Below are positions 21,401 to 31,207 of a stretch of DNA of 64,000 nt, piece by piece (the first letter of the stretch is position 1; each line of letters begins with the position of its first letter). The DNA comes from a virus (lineage: Duplodnaviria; Caudoviricetes). The stretch covers positions 1-64,000 of IMG/VR virus record IMGVR_UViG_3300034155_000027; one strand, 5' to 3'. The translations under genes and the position numbers were made by a program. Under the pieces are notes generated by a model. That model was not told where the DNA came from and made no database searches. It saw nothing but the letters and a program-made list of their open reading frames with translations.

Positions 21401-24400
21401 CTATTTTTATTCTCATCAGTTCCAAAATCAAAGAAATAATGAGCATTATCTGACATGAATTGAATACCATCAAATGAATACCCAGATACAATACTTTGAT
21501 CATATCCATCATATCCATCAGGGCTTGCAATATCTAATGAGTCTAAATAAAATTCAAATTCAATAGTTTCATTTCCAGATCTTAAAACATCTGTATCTTC
21601 TCCTAAATTATATATAAATTTCACATCATAAAAAGCACCAGATGTAGTAATTGTTCCAGTATATGCTATACTTTCAACAGTTGGTTCTTCTTTAGCTAAG
21701 ATTTTCCATTTTTTATTATCAATATCATAATAAATAAAAACACCAGTTTCTGTAAATATTAGTGCTGGTAATCCTTCTGGACTTAATGTATCTGTTTTAT
21801 TGATAGAAAATTTTCCATTGTTTAATATTGGGTGCTCACTATTGGCTCCAATATAAATATTTTCTGCTTCTACAATATAACCATCTTTATATATTTCAAA
21901 TGTTAAAGTAGCATCATTATCAATACCATTCCAATCTGTTTTTACATTTAATTCTAAAGTGCCTTCTTCTAATCTTAAATTGCTAGAAACCGGAAATGAT
22001 ACACCATCACCTATTTCTTTTATAGCAATTCCTTGATCAAATTCACTTGCCGAAAGATATGCCGAACCAAGAATTTCAGCTGGTAATTTTTTTAAATAAC
22101 TTACACCTAAAGACCAACATAAAGCCTCAACAATTCTAGGGTCGATATGTGTGACACTAGAAATTAATTGTTTCATTGCTGGTATAGTTGGGCCTTTTGT
22201 AAATGTTTGTAATGCCCCTTGTAAAATATCTCTATAAATTTCTCTATCTAATTCTTCATCAAAAACTTGTAATTCATCAATTCTTACTAATGTTCCAAAA
22301 TTTTCTAATAAGGAATTTCTTAAAGCACCAATTTTATAAGTTACATAATAAATATCATTTTCTTGTAAAATATTACTTTCACGAAAATCTATTACGTTAT
22401 CTCCCCATTCATATGACACTAAAATTTCATCAAATAAATAAGAATAATCAATAAATAAATCTCCACGATTATAATCTACTATTGGTGTGGATGCTCCATT
22501 TAATACAACTGTATAAATTATAACTACTTCATCACCTACAATCGCACCACTTGAACCACCTAATGTAATTTCATTATCTACTATTGTTTCAGAACCATCT
22601 AATAATTGAACCTGATCTGATTCTCTAATAATACTTTGTACTAATCCTAATACTATTCCAGGAGAAATTTCAGGTATATTTATTATTAATCCTGTTTCAA
22701 CTGTAGCTGTAGTTTGTAATGAAATACCAATATTATTTAATGTAATAATATTTGAATCACTAGTGGCTGATTCTGCAAAGTTTATAGGAGAAATATTATT
22801 ATTTAAATCATAAGCATCATAAATTCCTCTAATATTTTTAATATTATCAGATACTGTAATTGTATTGTTATCAAGAATGTATGGTGAAGTTAAATCTGAA
22901 TTTAGATATCTTTCATCAGAGAAACTTAATAATGTTTGAACAGGAACAATTTCACCCTCATCAAATGATACATAATCTAAATCTTTTGATGTTGTAAAAT
23001 TTGTATTAACACTATGATAAACATCTGATACAGATATTATATGTGGATTTACAGGAGAAATTATTGATTTTTTATAAGAAACAGTTCCTACATTTAAATT
23101 TTGAGAAGAAACTACACCAATATAAATAATACCTTCTCTATAATTTATTTGATATTGACCAATATTTAATCTGTTAATATTTTCTGATGTGGTTAATTCT
23201 TGAGAATCATAATATAATTCTGTTGTAAAAATATCTGTTTGACTAAAGTTTAAACTACTATTAAAACTAGAACCAATAGTATCATCAGTATTTCCCATAA
23301 TATTGGTATTTTGCAATCTAAACACGAATACTTTAGTACCAATATTGTTTGTAATTTCTTGTTCAAGAATTAAAGATTCATTTAATACATCTGTAAAAGA
23401 AGCTCTTTCTCTTTCAATTTCTTTAATTTGAGGTGGTGTAGTTGCATTAAAATATATTTTGTTATCACTAAATCTTTTAGGAGAATATATTTCTCCAGTT
23501 GTTTCATTATAAATACGAAACACATCAGTAATAGGAGAATGTTCTGTATATAAAGAATCTAAAGACGCAAGCCTATTATCAATTCTTTCATTTACTGCTT
23601 CAATATGAACATTAGCAACATAATCAGTTCCAGGTACTAGTGTTTGTTCATATTTATAATTTATTTTAGCTGTTTTATTAATTAATTCTCTTAAAGGAGA
23701 AGCTACTAAATCACAAAACTCTGGAACATATGTATAATCTAATCTTGGACTATAAGTTTTTCTATAATAATAATTCATTACAGGTGGAAAATAACCAGTA
23801 CCATCATTGGTAATAGCCCCATAAATAAAAACACGTCCAGTTTCATAATCAATACAATAATCACCAGCTCTATTTGGCAAACCACCTTCTCTATAAGGTA
23901 TTTCGTTTTTAAATGCTAAATGGGTACTTCTAAAAGGTGTTGTTGAATAAGGATCTAAAAACTCAACGCCACCAGAAACTGGAATTTTATCACTAGCTGT
24001 AACTATAGGAGCATTTCCTATAGAAAATATAGATGTAAGTGCTGGAGATGTTTCTCTTATTACCTCTACAACCTCTACAACCTCTACGCTATCAATATTT
24101 ATTATTCTACCTAATGATTTATATTCATAAGATATTTTAATCTTATCATCTCCACCAGGAAGAATAAATGATGAATTTTCTTTTAAATCTTCACTTAATT
24201 TAATTTGATTGTCTTCTAAAGTTATTAATCTTCTACTAAATTGAGTATCATATTTTGGGTTTGCAATTCTATATCCAAATTCTGTAATATCATAATTATA
24301 TACATTTCCATTTGAATATTCAATATGAATATTTGTAACTTTTGTAACAGGTCCATTATTTACTGTTAATAATAAATCATTATAAGTATTTTTACCAATA

Positions 24401-25092
24401 CCTAAAATTAACTCTTCATCAGTTACTGTTTCTCTTTGAAGTGTAATAGGATCTTTAGGGAAATTATTAAAATCTATAATTCCATCAAGCGATTCGTTTG
24501 TAGGTGTTAAACCAACACGTATAATTTCAAAAGCACTTTCTTGATTTAATCTGTCCCAAGGACCAAACCTTCTAATTTTTCTTTCGTCTTTTATTAATAA
24601 TTCTAAATAGTTAGCATTTTTAGTCTGTCTAATATCAGTGCGTGTTTTATTTATTAACTCTGAAACAGAGTTTAAAACGGTACGAATTAATGTTTCTCTA
24701 GAAAGATCGTATACAGATTCAGCTCCACCAAGATAATCAACAAAAGCACTTCTTGTTGGATTATAGTCATCTTCAGACCCTAAAATCTTTATAGTATTTG
24801 ATTTTCCATCTTCTATTAAAAAACTATTTTCGGTTTTATTTCTAAACCTAATAGCTATTGTAGAAATAAATATTACCTTATATCTAGCATATGGTGTTTG
24901 TGGTAATGTATTTATTATTAAAATATTTTCAAATACATCAACTCCATCAACAATTACATCTGGAATATTTGGTATTTCAGACACTATTTGAACATTAGAT
25001 ATAGCAATATCTTCGGCTAAGTTATCAGAAAACCTAACTTTTATTGTTCTACTATCGGCTGCATTAATATCAAGAATTCTAAGATTTGCCAA
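18421..25092 (-). CDS. Large baseplate wedge protein (gpI/gp7-like) with LamG/concanavalin-like domains
   Basis: YRDILQGALQTFTKGPTIPAM and C-terminal LISALKPA (wedge-type motifs); EGTLELNVK, EGMIEFWVSP and WHRIRASF...LFIDG (LamG-like); follows the baseplate J-like gene. Confidence 0.6.
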   Translation of the reverse strand: MANLRILDINAADSRTIKVRFSDNLAEDIAISNVQIVSEIPNIPDVIVDGVDVFENILIINTLPQTPYARYKVIFISTIAIRFRNKTENSFLIEDGKSNTIKILGSEDDYNPTRSAFVDYLGGAESVYDLSRETLIRTVLNSVSELINKTRTDIRQTKNANYLELLIKDERKIRRFGPWDRLNQESAFEIIRVGLTPTNESLDGIIDFNNFPKDPITLQRETVTDEELILGIGKNTYNDLLLTVNNGPVTKVTNIHIEYSNGNVYNYDITEFGYRIANPKYDTQFSRRLITLEDNQIKLSEDLKENSSFILPGGDDKIKISYEYKSLGRIINIDSVEVVEVVEVIRETSPALTSIFSIGNAPIVTASDKIPVSGGVEFLDPYSTTPFRSTHLAFKNEIPYREGGLPNRAGDYCIDYETGRVFIYGAITNDGTGYFPPVMNYYYRKTYSPRLDYTYVPEFCDLVASPLRELINKTAKINYKYEQTLVPGTDYVANVHIEAVNERIDNRLASLDSLYTEHSPITDVFRIYNETTGEIYSPKRFSDNKIYFNATTPPQIKEIERERASFTDVLNESLILEQEITNNIGTKVFVFRLQNTNIMGNTDDTIGSSFNSSLNFSQTDIFTTELYYDSQELTTSENINRLNIGQYQINYREGIIYIGVVSSQNLNVGTVSYKKSIISPVNPHIISVSDVYHSVNTNFTTSKDLDYVSFDEGEIVPVQTLLSFSDERYLNSDLTSPYILDNNTITVSDNIKNIRGIYDAYDLNNNISPINFAESATSDSNIITLNNIGISLQTTATVETGLIINIPEISPGIVLGLVQSIIRESDQVQLLDGSETIVDNEITLGGSSGAIVGDEVVIIYTVVLNGASTPIVDYNRGDLFIDYSYLFDEILVSYEWGDNVIDFRESNILQENDIYYVTYKIGALRNSLLENFGTLVRIDELQVFDEELDREIYRDILQGALQTFTKGPTIPAMKQLISSVTHIDPRIVEALCWSLGVSYLKKLPAEILGSAYLSASEFDQGIAIKEIGDGVSFPVSSNLRLEEGTLELNVKTDWNGIDNDATLTFEIYKDGYIVEAENIYIGANSEHPILNNGKFSINKTDTLSPEGLPALIFTETGVFIYYDIDNKKWKILAKEEPTVESIAYTGTITTSGAFYDVKFIYNLGEDTDVLRSGNETIEFEFYLDSLDIASPDGYDGYDQSIVSGYSFDGIQFMSDNAHYFFDFGTDENKNRFSLYKDGRGFLVFEVWDKGGFGALQLEKRNVYQVSADIQNWVVGESHDLAISWILNSSDHRDEMHLYVDGLETPNIARYGNIPPIITNERFRKIVPEQLVGVVTKTSVTYNDLVINQGSDIVRSDTINFSSLVNIGDPIEILEQGFTTYYIADIIGNQLVLNTDMPATLGNARFSINPVEFIVGTEIDIYKNIGVFISRDGYEIEIPGTRAEIPSYSIERNTLNQRILKILGNIEAGDIILIKTFGLNHRRCRDLVFLWSESATLKTGLPPPINLDDVSIKTVVLPLTIIGPTNSSLISGEFQANLDGYTQPSNSIEGRYLQVRVTGGNTSFSSPVLVALNGTSSGGIVETLSFSNPGKQSTSYKWMDISSIDVVVTPTDPTLDSVGIEIKDPYSITEPNGNNIYPVIRYSYKTQAGAALQSDGSDIVSDPLGYFTNSSIGQLIQITSPISVADYYIIEERIDDFTVKLNKVTGTAFTNGVYSSFNISIGRSGFQNGFFFLERAGLSNTPYLLPPGWYEIDYATYLSVQFDPMDQYGIIGNALTLESPVKAIIDEFRILNRQLTDTRIGETVGDNEESITTGSVKYAPFIKTQDTLALFHFNETPLINDSDVYKFANKQYIQSGESVNNIFGHSIVIKNKGLVFDNDGRLDTSNEGMIEFWVSPRFDTYNDPNTRVYFDAASNVIEEAVSLTKGKVKLSGRVSRVVYVRLADDTTLKGIDYFSGGSIGTDGKTLTLNKALPYQNTPVKIAYIPTGIKGDRLTIAKDNAGYITFTVSANGKEFQTRQMVFWPRDTWHRIRASFKFNRQDNRDEIRLFIDGEEKGALLFGAGNILFGQGLIFGQTSIGGSSNQHTTYDINFNDTIMQFSWGQDFAGNFGAQARFDNLKLSNRSIDPLIVSGQPVDVYYNINKNYIYPSIQDAFTTFLFDFNQIIEKTEDFAIIRDPAFGIFNFDIDIIDSFSIVTGDQRVQTVLEALISALKPATSKVSLKYYK

Positions 25093-25168
25093 AACTTCTC
25101 CAGGCTAATAGATACTATATCATTCAAAAAAATGCAGAGATATTAATTTAGGTTTTACCAAAGAATTT

Positions 25169-28100
25169 TTATCTTTCTTCTGTATAAACCAAAACATTAT
25201 TAGCTTGAATATATTCATTTTTCTGTGCGGTAATGCTTAATACTCTCCCAATTATATGAGATTTGTTAAATCTTGTTGATCTTACCCTATCTACCCCATT
25301 AACACCGTTTGCTATAGTTGTAAAATCAGACTCATCTACAATTGTACCTAAATTATTAGCATTTAAAGCTGTTGTCACTGCGTCTTTTACATTTTGAGCT
25401 ACAACATTACTAGAATTTTCAAACCCTTTTACAACTACAATATATAAAGTAATATCTACTAATATTGGAATTGTTGCTTTTACTAAAACATCTGAACCAA
25501 TAGGTCTTGTTCTTTCAATTGCAAATGTAGTATCTGTAATTACTTGGTTTTTATTATATTTAATAGATATTCTTTCATTGGGTTTTGGCGCGATATAATC
25601 GTAATAAGACGTATATCTAGATCCTTGTACCGGTTGGTTTTGTGGAATTATTGTTAATGTTGCTGTTTGTGATGCACCAGATGTAAAACCGCTTGATATA
25701 GAAACTGAATCTATAAAGGCAAAGATTTTTTGCGTATATAAAGATCCGCTCTTACTAAATGATATACTTTCAATTGCCGGTGCTCCACCTATATAAAATG
25801 TTACCCTAAACGAATCCCCTATCTTTGGAGAATGATCATTGTTTGTTATCGTGCTTGGTAATTTTATTTGATTTACAGTAAGGCTGGAACTTGCTAAAGC
25901 TTCACGTTTTACCAAATCGTTATGTTTTAATTCATAACCGAACACATCATATTTTTGTAAAACAGAAACAACTTCTTTATTTGTTGTTGTTTGAACTTTT
26001 TCAAAACTAATTAAACGTACAATACCTATATTACTAGGAATTGTTTGATTGCTAGTTAAACCTAAAGATTTACGAATTAAAGATGAAAGATCGTGAACTA
26101 AACCATTAGCACTTGCAGTAAATACACCGTTAAAAATTCCTTGAATAGATGTTCCTGCTATAGTAATAACTCCAGGAGAAATTGTTCCAGCTATAGTAAG
26201 TTTAAGTCTTGAAGGAGCTCTTCTAAGATTTCTTTCAATTATAGTTCCAGAAGAATAAATATGTGTTGTTGGTTGTGACCCAAAATTAGTTGTTAAATTA
26301 TTTTTAAAAGCATTACCATCTCTAGTAACTGGTAAATTAGATAAACTTACAGCTGGTAATAATTGACGAATATCTGCTAAATAATTTACCTCTACAACAT
26401 ATCCGTCAGCTATATCTGTAGATGTTGGTAATGTAATTGTTGTTCCGTTAAAACTTCCACTAATTCCATTTATAGTAAATTTATCATTAGAATTATATTT
26501 TACAGTAACAGTATCTGTTTCTTTAGCTATTGTATCTGTTGGTAAATATATAGCATACCCACTAAAACCACCATCTTTTGTTCCAGTATTATATAACTCT
26601 GCATTGTCAGAGTTTCTAATAATTGAGATTACATTTATTACAGCTTCTGTTACATATACCGCTAATTGATTGCTTACAGATGTGACATTTGCATCTGATT
26701 CTGTTGTAAATGTATTTACACTGACAACAGAATTTATACTATGCGAAACATCTAAAATTATTTGAGATCCTGAATTTGTAGTTATAACTTCTTCTCTTAA
26801 AATATTATTAGAATAACCCCAATCAATACTATCTACAGAAGAACGAATATTTTCTGAGTTTTCTCTATTATCATAATCCCAATTAGAATCATAGTCAAAC
26901 AACCAAATATAATCTATTTGAAGAATATCACTAACAGCTGGTAAAGTACTACCAGAAATAATAATTCTACCAGTGGTGTTTTTAGAACCACCATCAGGAT
27001 TTTGATTAGCAACTACATATCTTTCACCTGTAGTTTGATTAAATACTCTACTAACAGCTGTAATTGGATAATGTGCTAACTGAATCGATGAACGATCTGT
27101 TGGTAATACTCTTCCATTTTCATTTATAATTTGAATATTTTGTTTTATTGTGCTAATTTTAGTAACATCAGAATATCCAGTTGAATCTTGACTGTTAAAT
27201 TTACCTTTTGTTAAATCTTCTGGCAAATCTCTAATTCTATCATCTAACCAACGTAAACGATCAAACCCCCATGCACTACCAGCATAAGAACCAGTATCAA
27301 ATACTAATTCATAATTTCCAGTAGTAATACCAACTGCATTTGTAGATTTTGGTTTAAAATTAGCACCACTAGAAGATCCTACAACTTCTACAATGTTTGT
27401 GACTGGTTGATCTGGTAGAATTTGTTTAGATAAATTATCAATTCTTTTTCTGGTAACTGTTTTATTTTCATCACCAACAATTTGTCCAAGTACAAAATCA
27501 TTAACTATATCTGTAGGATCATCTTTATTACTTTTATCAAAATAAATATAACTATCTAATATCTCAGTAAGTCTAAAACCATAAGAATATATATCTACTT
27601 TACCACCAGTTCCTTCAGATATAATTGTTTTAGTTCCATCTTCAGCTGTATATACCTGTGTACCATCCCTTGTCATTAAAGGATCTCCACCACTAACAAC
27701 TATAGCATCAACTACTCCAGGGTCTGCTAACACTGTATTTTGATATCCTGTTGCTGTTCCAGTATTTGCCCCACTAAATATTCCTAATATTCTTCTTTTA
27801 AAAGCTGAATCTATTTCTGTTCCAGAACCACCAGAAAAAGATGCCGGGTTTGTTATATTTGATACGCCAGGTATCGTAGTTGTTTTTAAAGAATATTTAG
27901 AAATGTTTCCTGCAGTACCTGTAGACGTTGCTTCTACCAATATAGTTGTAGCAAATTCATCGTCAATTCCCACAAAATCTAATGCTGCCCTATATTTAGA
28001 GGCTGTTGCTCTATAAGTGTTTTTATTTGCTACCGATACAGTAGATGACGTTACCGCTATAAAAGAAGAGCCATTAGAAGCTGAACATGAGCTTCCTTTT

Positions 28101-28423
28101 GTAATCGGTATATCTGCTTCTATATTATTAAATGTTAATAATGCTAAACCTGTAGATTTAGAACCTTGTTTTCTAGAAGCTCCAAAATTTGAAGCATTTG
28201 CATCTAAGTCAGAACCTAAAGAGAGAAATAATGATTGAGCATCTTTAACTCTTTGTAATTCTTCATAAAGACGTGCAATTTGGACAGCTTGTCCATCAAC
28301 AAATAAATCACGCGCAACTTGTCCTGGCTTTAAATCAAGTTGAGGCTGAGCAGTTCTGTAAAAATCCAGAGTGCTTAAAATTAAATCATTTGCTGTCCTA
28401 ATTCGTACCATGAAAGTCCTCAA
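25169..28423 (-). CDS. Baseplate J-like wedge protein (gp6-like) with large central insertion
   Basis: DLDANASNFGASRK, EATSTGTAGNI, GGSGTEIDSAFKRRI, GTATGY, DPGVVDA, GGKVDIY, then C-terminal VNGVDRV. Confidence 0.85.
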   Translation of the reverse strand: MRTFMVRIRTANDLILSTLDFYRTAQPQLDLKPGQVARDLFVDGQAVQIARLYEELQRVKDAQSLFLSLGSDLDANASNFGASRKQGSKSTGLALLTFNNIEADIPITKGSSCSASNGSSFIAVTSSTVSVANKNTYRATASKYRAALDFVGIDDEFATTILVEATSTGTAGNISKYSLKTTTIPGVSNITNPASFSGGSGTEIDSAFKRRILGIFSGANTGTATGYQNTVLADPGVVDAIVVSGGDPLMTRDGTQVYTAEDGTKTIISEGTGGKVDIYSYGFRLTEILDSYIYFDKSNKDDPTDIVNDFVLGQIVGDENKTVTRKRIDNLSKQILPDQPVTNIVEVVGSSSGANFKPKSTNAVGITTGNYELVFDTGSYAGSAWGFDRLRWLDDRIRDLPEDLTKGKFNSQDSTGYSDVTKISTIKQNIQIINENGRVLPTDRSSIQLAHYPITAVSRVFNQTTGERYVVANQNPDGGSKNTTGRIIISGSTLPAVSDILQIDYIWLFDYDSNWDYDNRENSENIRSSVDSIDWGYSNNILREEVITTNSGSQIILDVSHSINSVVSVNTFTTESDANVTSVSNQLAVYVTEAVINVISIIRNSDNAELYNTGTKDGGFSGYAIYLPTDTIAKETDTVTVKYNSNDKFTINGISGSFNGTTITLPTSTDIADGYVVEVNYLADIRQLLPAVSLSNLPVTRDGNAFKNNLTTNFGSQPTTHIYSSGTIIERNLRRAPSRLKLTIAGTISPGVITIAGTSIQGIFNGVFTASANGLVHDLSSLIRKSLGLTSNQTIPSNIGIVRLISFEKVQTTTNKEVVSVLQKYDVFGYELKHNDLVKREALASSSLTVNQIKLPSTITNNDHSPKIGDSFRVTFYIGGAPAIESISFSKSGSLYTQKIFAFIDSVSISSGFTSGASQTATLTIIPQNQPVQGSRYTSYYDYIAPKPNERISIKYNKNQVITDTTFAIERTRPIGSDVLVKATIPILVDITLYIVVVKGFENSSNVVAQNVKDAVTTALNANNLGTIVDESDFTTIANGVNGVDRVRSTRFNKSHIIGRVLSITAQKNEYIQANNVLVYTEER

Positions 28424-28491
28424 AGATTAAATATATTAAACTCAATCAAAATACGAAAAAATGCCGTCTTAATCAATTATTTAGTCTTTTA

Positions 28492-28557
28492 GTTTTTACC
28501 AAAGAATTAGATTTATTTATTTTCCGCACAAATAATAAAAATTTCTTTGGTAAAAAC
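28492..28557. repeat. Perfect 15-bp inverted repeat (long hairpin) built from the recurrent TTACCAAAGAA motif
   Basis: GTTTTTACCAAAGAA (28492-28506) and TTCTTTGGTAAAAAC (28543-28557), intergenic. Confidence 0.8.
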
Positions 28558-28568
28558 AATCGCTAATA

Positions 28569-30713
28569 TTAATTTCCGTTTTCAGCAATATCTCCTGCGT
28601 CATACCTTGTCTTGAATTGATCTCCCTGATCTCTTCTATAAGTTATTGAAGTATGATCAATAAATTCATATGGTAATACTCGTTCAACGATTTCCGTTGC
28701 TAAATCTATTGAGTCTCTATTTATTACTGTTGCAAATACTTCTCCATTTAAATATGCTCTTAATTCTCCCTCTCCAGCTTTATTACTTGTCAAAGCTGCT
28801 TTAAAGGAATCATATCCATCATATATAATATCTGAAATTTTTCCAAGTGTTGGTTTTATTTTAATAATTGTAGCTAGTTTAGCACCAATTTCTTCACCTA
28901 CATTTACACCAATTAAAGTTCCTGTTTTGTCCTTTAATCTAATTGTAACTTGAATATTATTATCTATAAATTGAATTTCAGGATCTCTTTCAAAATCACT
29001 CTTAAATCTATCAGCTGCAGCCGTTGCTCCATTTGTATAAGTATCAATTGTAGAATCTTTTAAATTGTTTAAACATTCAGTTATTTCATTTGAAAAAATC
29101 AATCCAGATTCTTCATTAATATTTCCACGAAATTTTGCCATTGATCTTGCTAAACAACCCAATGCTCCAGAACCATCTTTTCTATCAGGTGTTAAAGCTC
29201 CAATATCAGGAAGATCTCCCATCTTATCAAGAACATTTCGCAAATCTCCATATTCAGCATTTAATGTTGCTGCTTCAATTGCAATTTCAGGCATGCATCC
29301 TAAAGTTATTAGGTTTTTTTCTACCAAAACTGGATAATTATATCTAAGATTATATTGTACATCTAAGAAACTATAACCATCATCAGAAATTGGAATTGAT
29401 GATTTTTCATCTCTAGAAATTAATGTTTCTAATGTTGCCGGTTCTTCACCAATAGAATATCTTGTATAACCATCATATCCGTCATATTCGTAAACAGTTC
29501 CTCCAACTAACATTAAAGCACCGGAAACAGGATCTGTTTTTTCAACTGAGTTATTCCATGCTAAAGGATATTTTGTTGGTTTTTGTTTTACAATTATATC
29601 TCTAATATTAAATAATCTTGGTCCTTTTAAATCTAAAGGATTCCCAAACAATCTAGGATCTAAAGAAACATTCATATCTAAAAGATATGGAACATTTAAA
29701 GCATTGGCGTCGCTAGCGTAAACTTCACTTTCTGGCCAATAAGTAAATCCAAAACCAATAGAATTAGGAGTGATAATATCTAGGAATTTATATTCCCCTG
29801 GGTTGGTATCAATAAACTGCCAGCGTTCTGGTCTAGGTGAAGAAAATGAAATTCCTTTTAAGAAATCAAATTTACTATCTTCTGGCCATTCTATTCCTAC
29901 ACCAGTTTGATAAATTAATCTACCTGTTGTATTTAATTGTCCATCAGGAAGATTTGCTATAAAAGAAGGACATAAATCATCATTGCAACAATCTGAACTT
30001 CCCTTTGCACAAACACCTCTACCAACCATTTCCATTAATGGTTTAATAATTGCAAATAATGATGCAATTACTAAAAGAATAGAAAACAATTGTTCCATTA
30101 AACATAACAAATATGAAATTTTAGTTATAGCTGCTAAAATTGATTCTTCATCACCTACTGTAATTGCTCTGGTTAATACTTTTAAATTTTCAAGTATTTG
30201 CTTTAAATATGCTATTATCATTTTAATAATATATTCTATTAAAGCAAGTAACAACATCAATAAAGCTAAAATCATTGCTATAAGAGCAATCCAAGGAAAT
30301 AAAGATAGAAAATCAGGAAGACATTTTTTAAATAATCTTCTAATAGCTTTAGATAGTGCATATGGATTTTTTAATGCACATAAAACATCTATTATACAAA
30401 GAATAATGTTTAATAAAGCTTGAATAAATTTATAAAAGGCAAGAAAAGGAGCTAATTGAGTAAATAAACTAGCTAAAGCATCCCAAATTCCTTTTGTTAA
30501 TGAATCAGGATTTGGAATTAATTTTATTCCAGCTGGTAATAAAGCAAATAATTTATCAATTAAAGCAAGTATATCTTCAGGAATTCCTTCTGGAATTTCA
30601 ATATCTGGAAATGGTATTTTTGGAAATGAAAAAGGCAACCCAAGCCCAGGTAAAGATGGTCCAGGACCAGGTGCTGGAATATTTATATTATTCTGTGAAG
30701 GACTACATACCAT
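28569..30713 (-). CDS. Baseplate-region protein with Pro-rich start, long hydrophobic/amphipathic helices and a possible C-terminal Ig-like domain
   Basis: FPWIALIAMILALLMLLLALIEYII; VTIRLKDKTG...FKAALTSNKAGEGEL is Big_1-like; 4 DGY. Confidence 0.45.
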   Translation of the reverse strand: MVCSPSQNNINIPAPGPGPSLPGLGLPFSFPKIPFPDIEIPEGIPEDILALIDKLFALLPAGIKLIPNPDSLTKGIWDALASLFTQLAPFLAFYKFIQALLNIILCIIDVLCALKNPYALSKAIRRLFKKCLPDFLSLFPWIALIAMILALLMLLLALIEYIIKMIIAYLKQILENLKVLTRAITVGDEESILAAITKISYLLCLMEQLFSILLVIASLFAIIKPLMEMVGRGVCAKGSSDCCNDDLCPSFIANLPDGQLNTTGRLIYQTGVGIEWPEDSKFDFLKGISFSSPRPERWQFIDTNPGEYKFLDIITPNSIGFGFTYWPESEVYASDANALNVPYLLDMNVSLDPRLFGNPLDLKGPRLFNIRDIIVKQKPTKYPLAWNNSVEKTDPVSGALMLVGGTVYEYDGYDGYTRYSIGEEPATLETLISRDEKSSIPISDDGYSFLDVQYNLRYNYPVLVEKNLITLGCMPEIAIEAATLNAEYGDLRNVLDKMGDLPDIGALTPDRKDGSGALGCLARSMAKFRGNINEESGLIFSNEITECLNNLKDSTIDTYTNGATAAADRFKSDFERDPEIQFIDNNIQVTIRLKDKTGTLIGVNVGEEIGAKLATIIKIKPTLGKISDIIYDGYDSFKAALTSNKAGEGELRAYLNGEVFATVINRDSIDLATEIVERVLPYEFIDHTSITYRRDQGDQFKTRYDAGDIAENGN

Positions 30714-30759
30714 TTTATTCTCTATATATCAGTTTAAAAATTATAATTTACTTAAATGG

Positions 30760-31203
30760 TCAAGCCCCTTTCAAACTTTGTTTTGGAGGAGTGAATTTAT
30801 TTCCTTGATTTTCCACATATTTTATTAATGTTTCAAATTTAAAATCTCCACATGTTACTATTAAATAACTAGAACTCCATAATACTTTCTTACCCATTTT
30901 TATACTCTCTAACTTATATCTATTCCTCAATATTCTACTAGATACCGTTTTTATACTATTTATTATCTTTACCAAACTTACTCTAGGTACTAATTCCATC
31001 AATATATGTGTATAATCTTCTTCTCCATTTATCTCTATTAATTTACATTCATTCCTTCCTAATATACTTTCTACTATTTCTCTCATATCTTCTATCATGT
31101 TTTTATTTAATATCTTCTTCCTGTATTTTGTAACTAGAACCAAATGATATGTTAAACTATATACTGCATTCCCTGTACTAGAATATTTCATTACTCTATG
31201 CAT
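30760..31203 (-). CDS. tnpA: IS200-like Y1 transposase, HUH motif altered
   Basis: YHLVLVTKYRK, EEDYTHIL (expected DHxH), WSSSY, KYVENQ. Confidence 0.92.
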   Translation of the reverse strand: MHRVMKYSSTGNAVYSLTYHLVLVTKYRKKILNKNMIEDMREIVESILGRNECKLIEINGEEDYTHILMELVPRVSLVKIINSIKTVSSRILRNRYKLESIKMGKKVLWSSSYLIVTCGDFKFETLIKYVENQGNKFTPPKQSLKGA

Positions 31204-31207
31204 ATCT

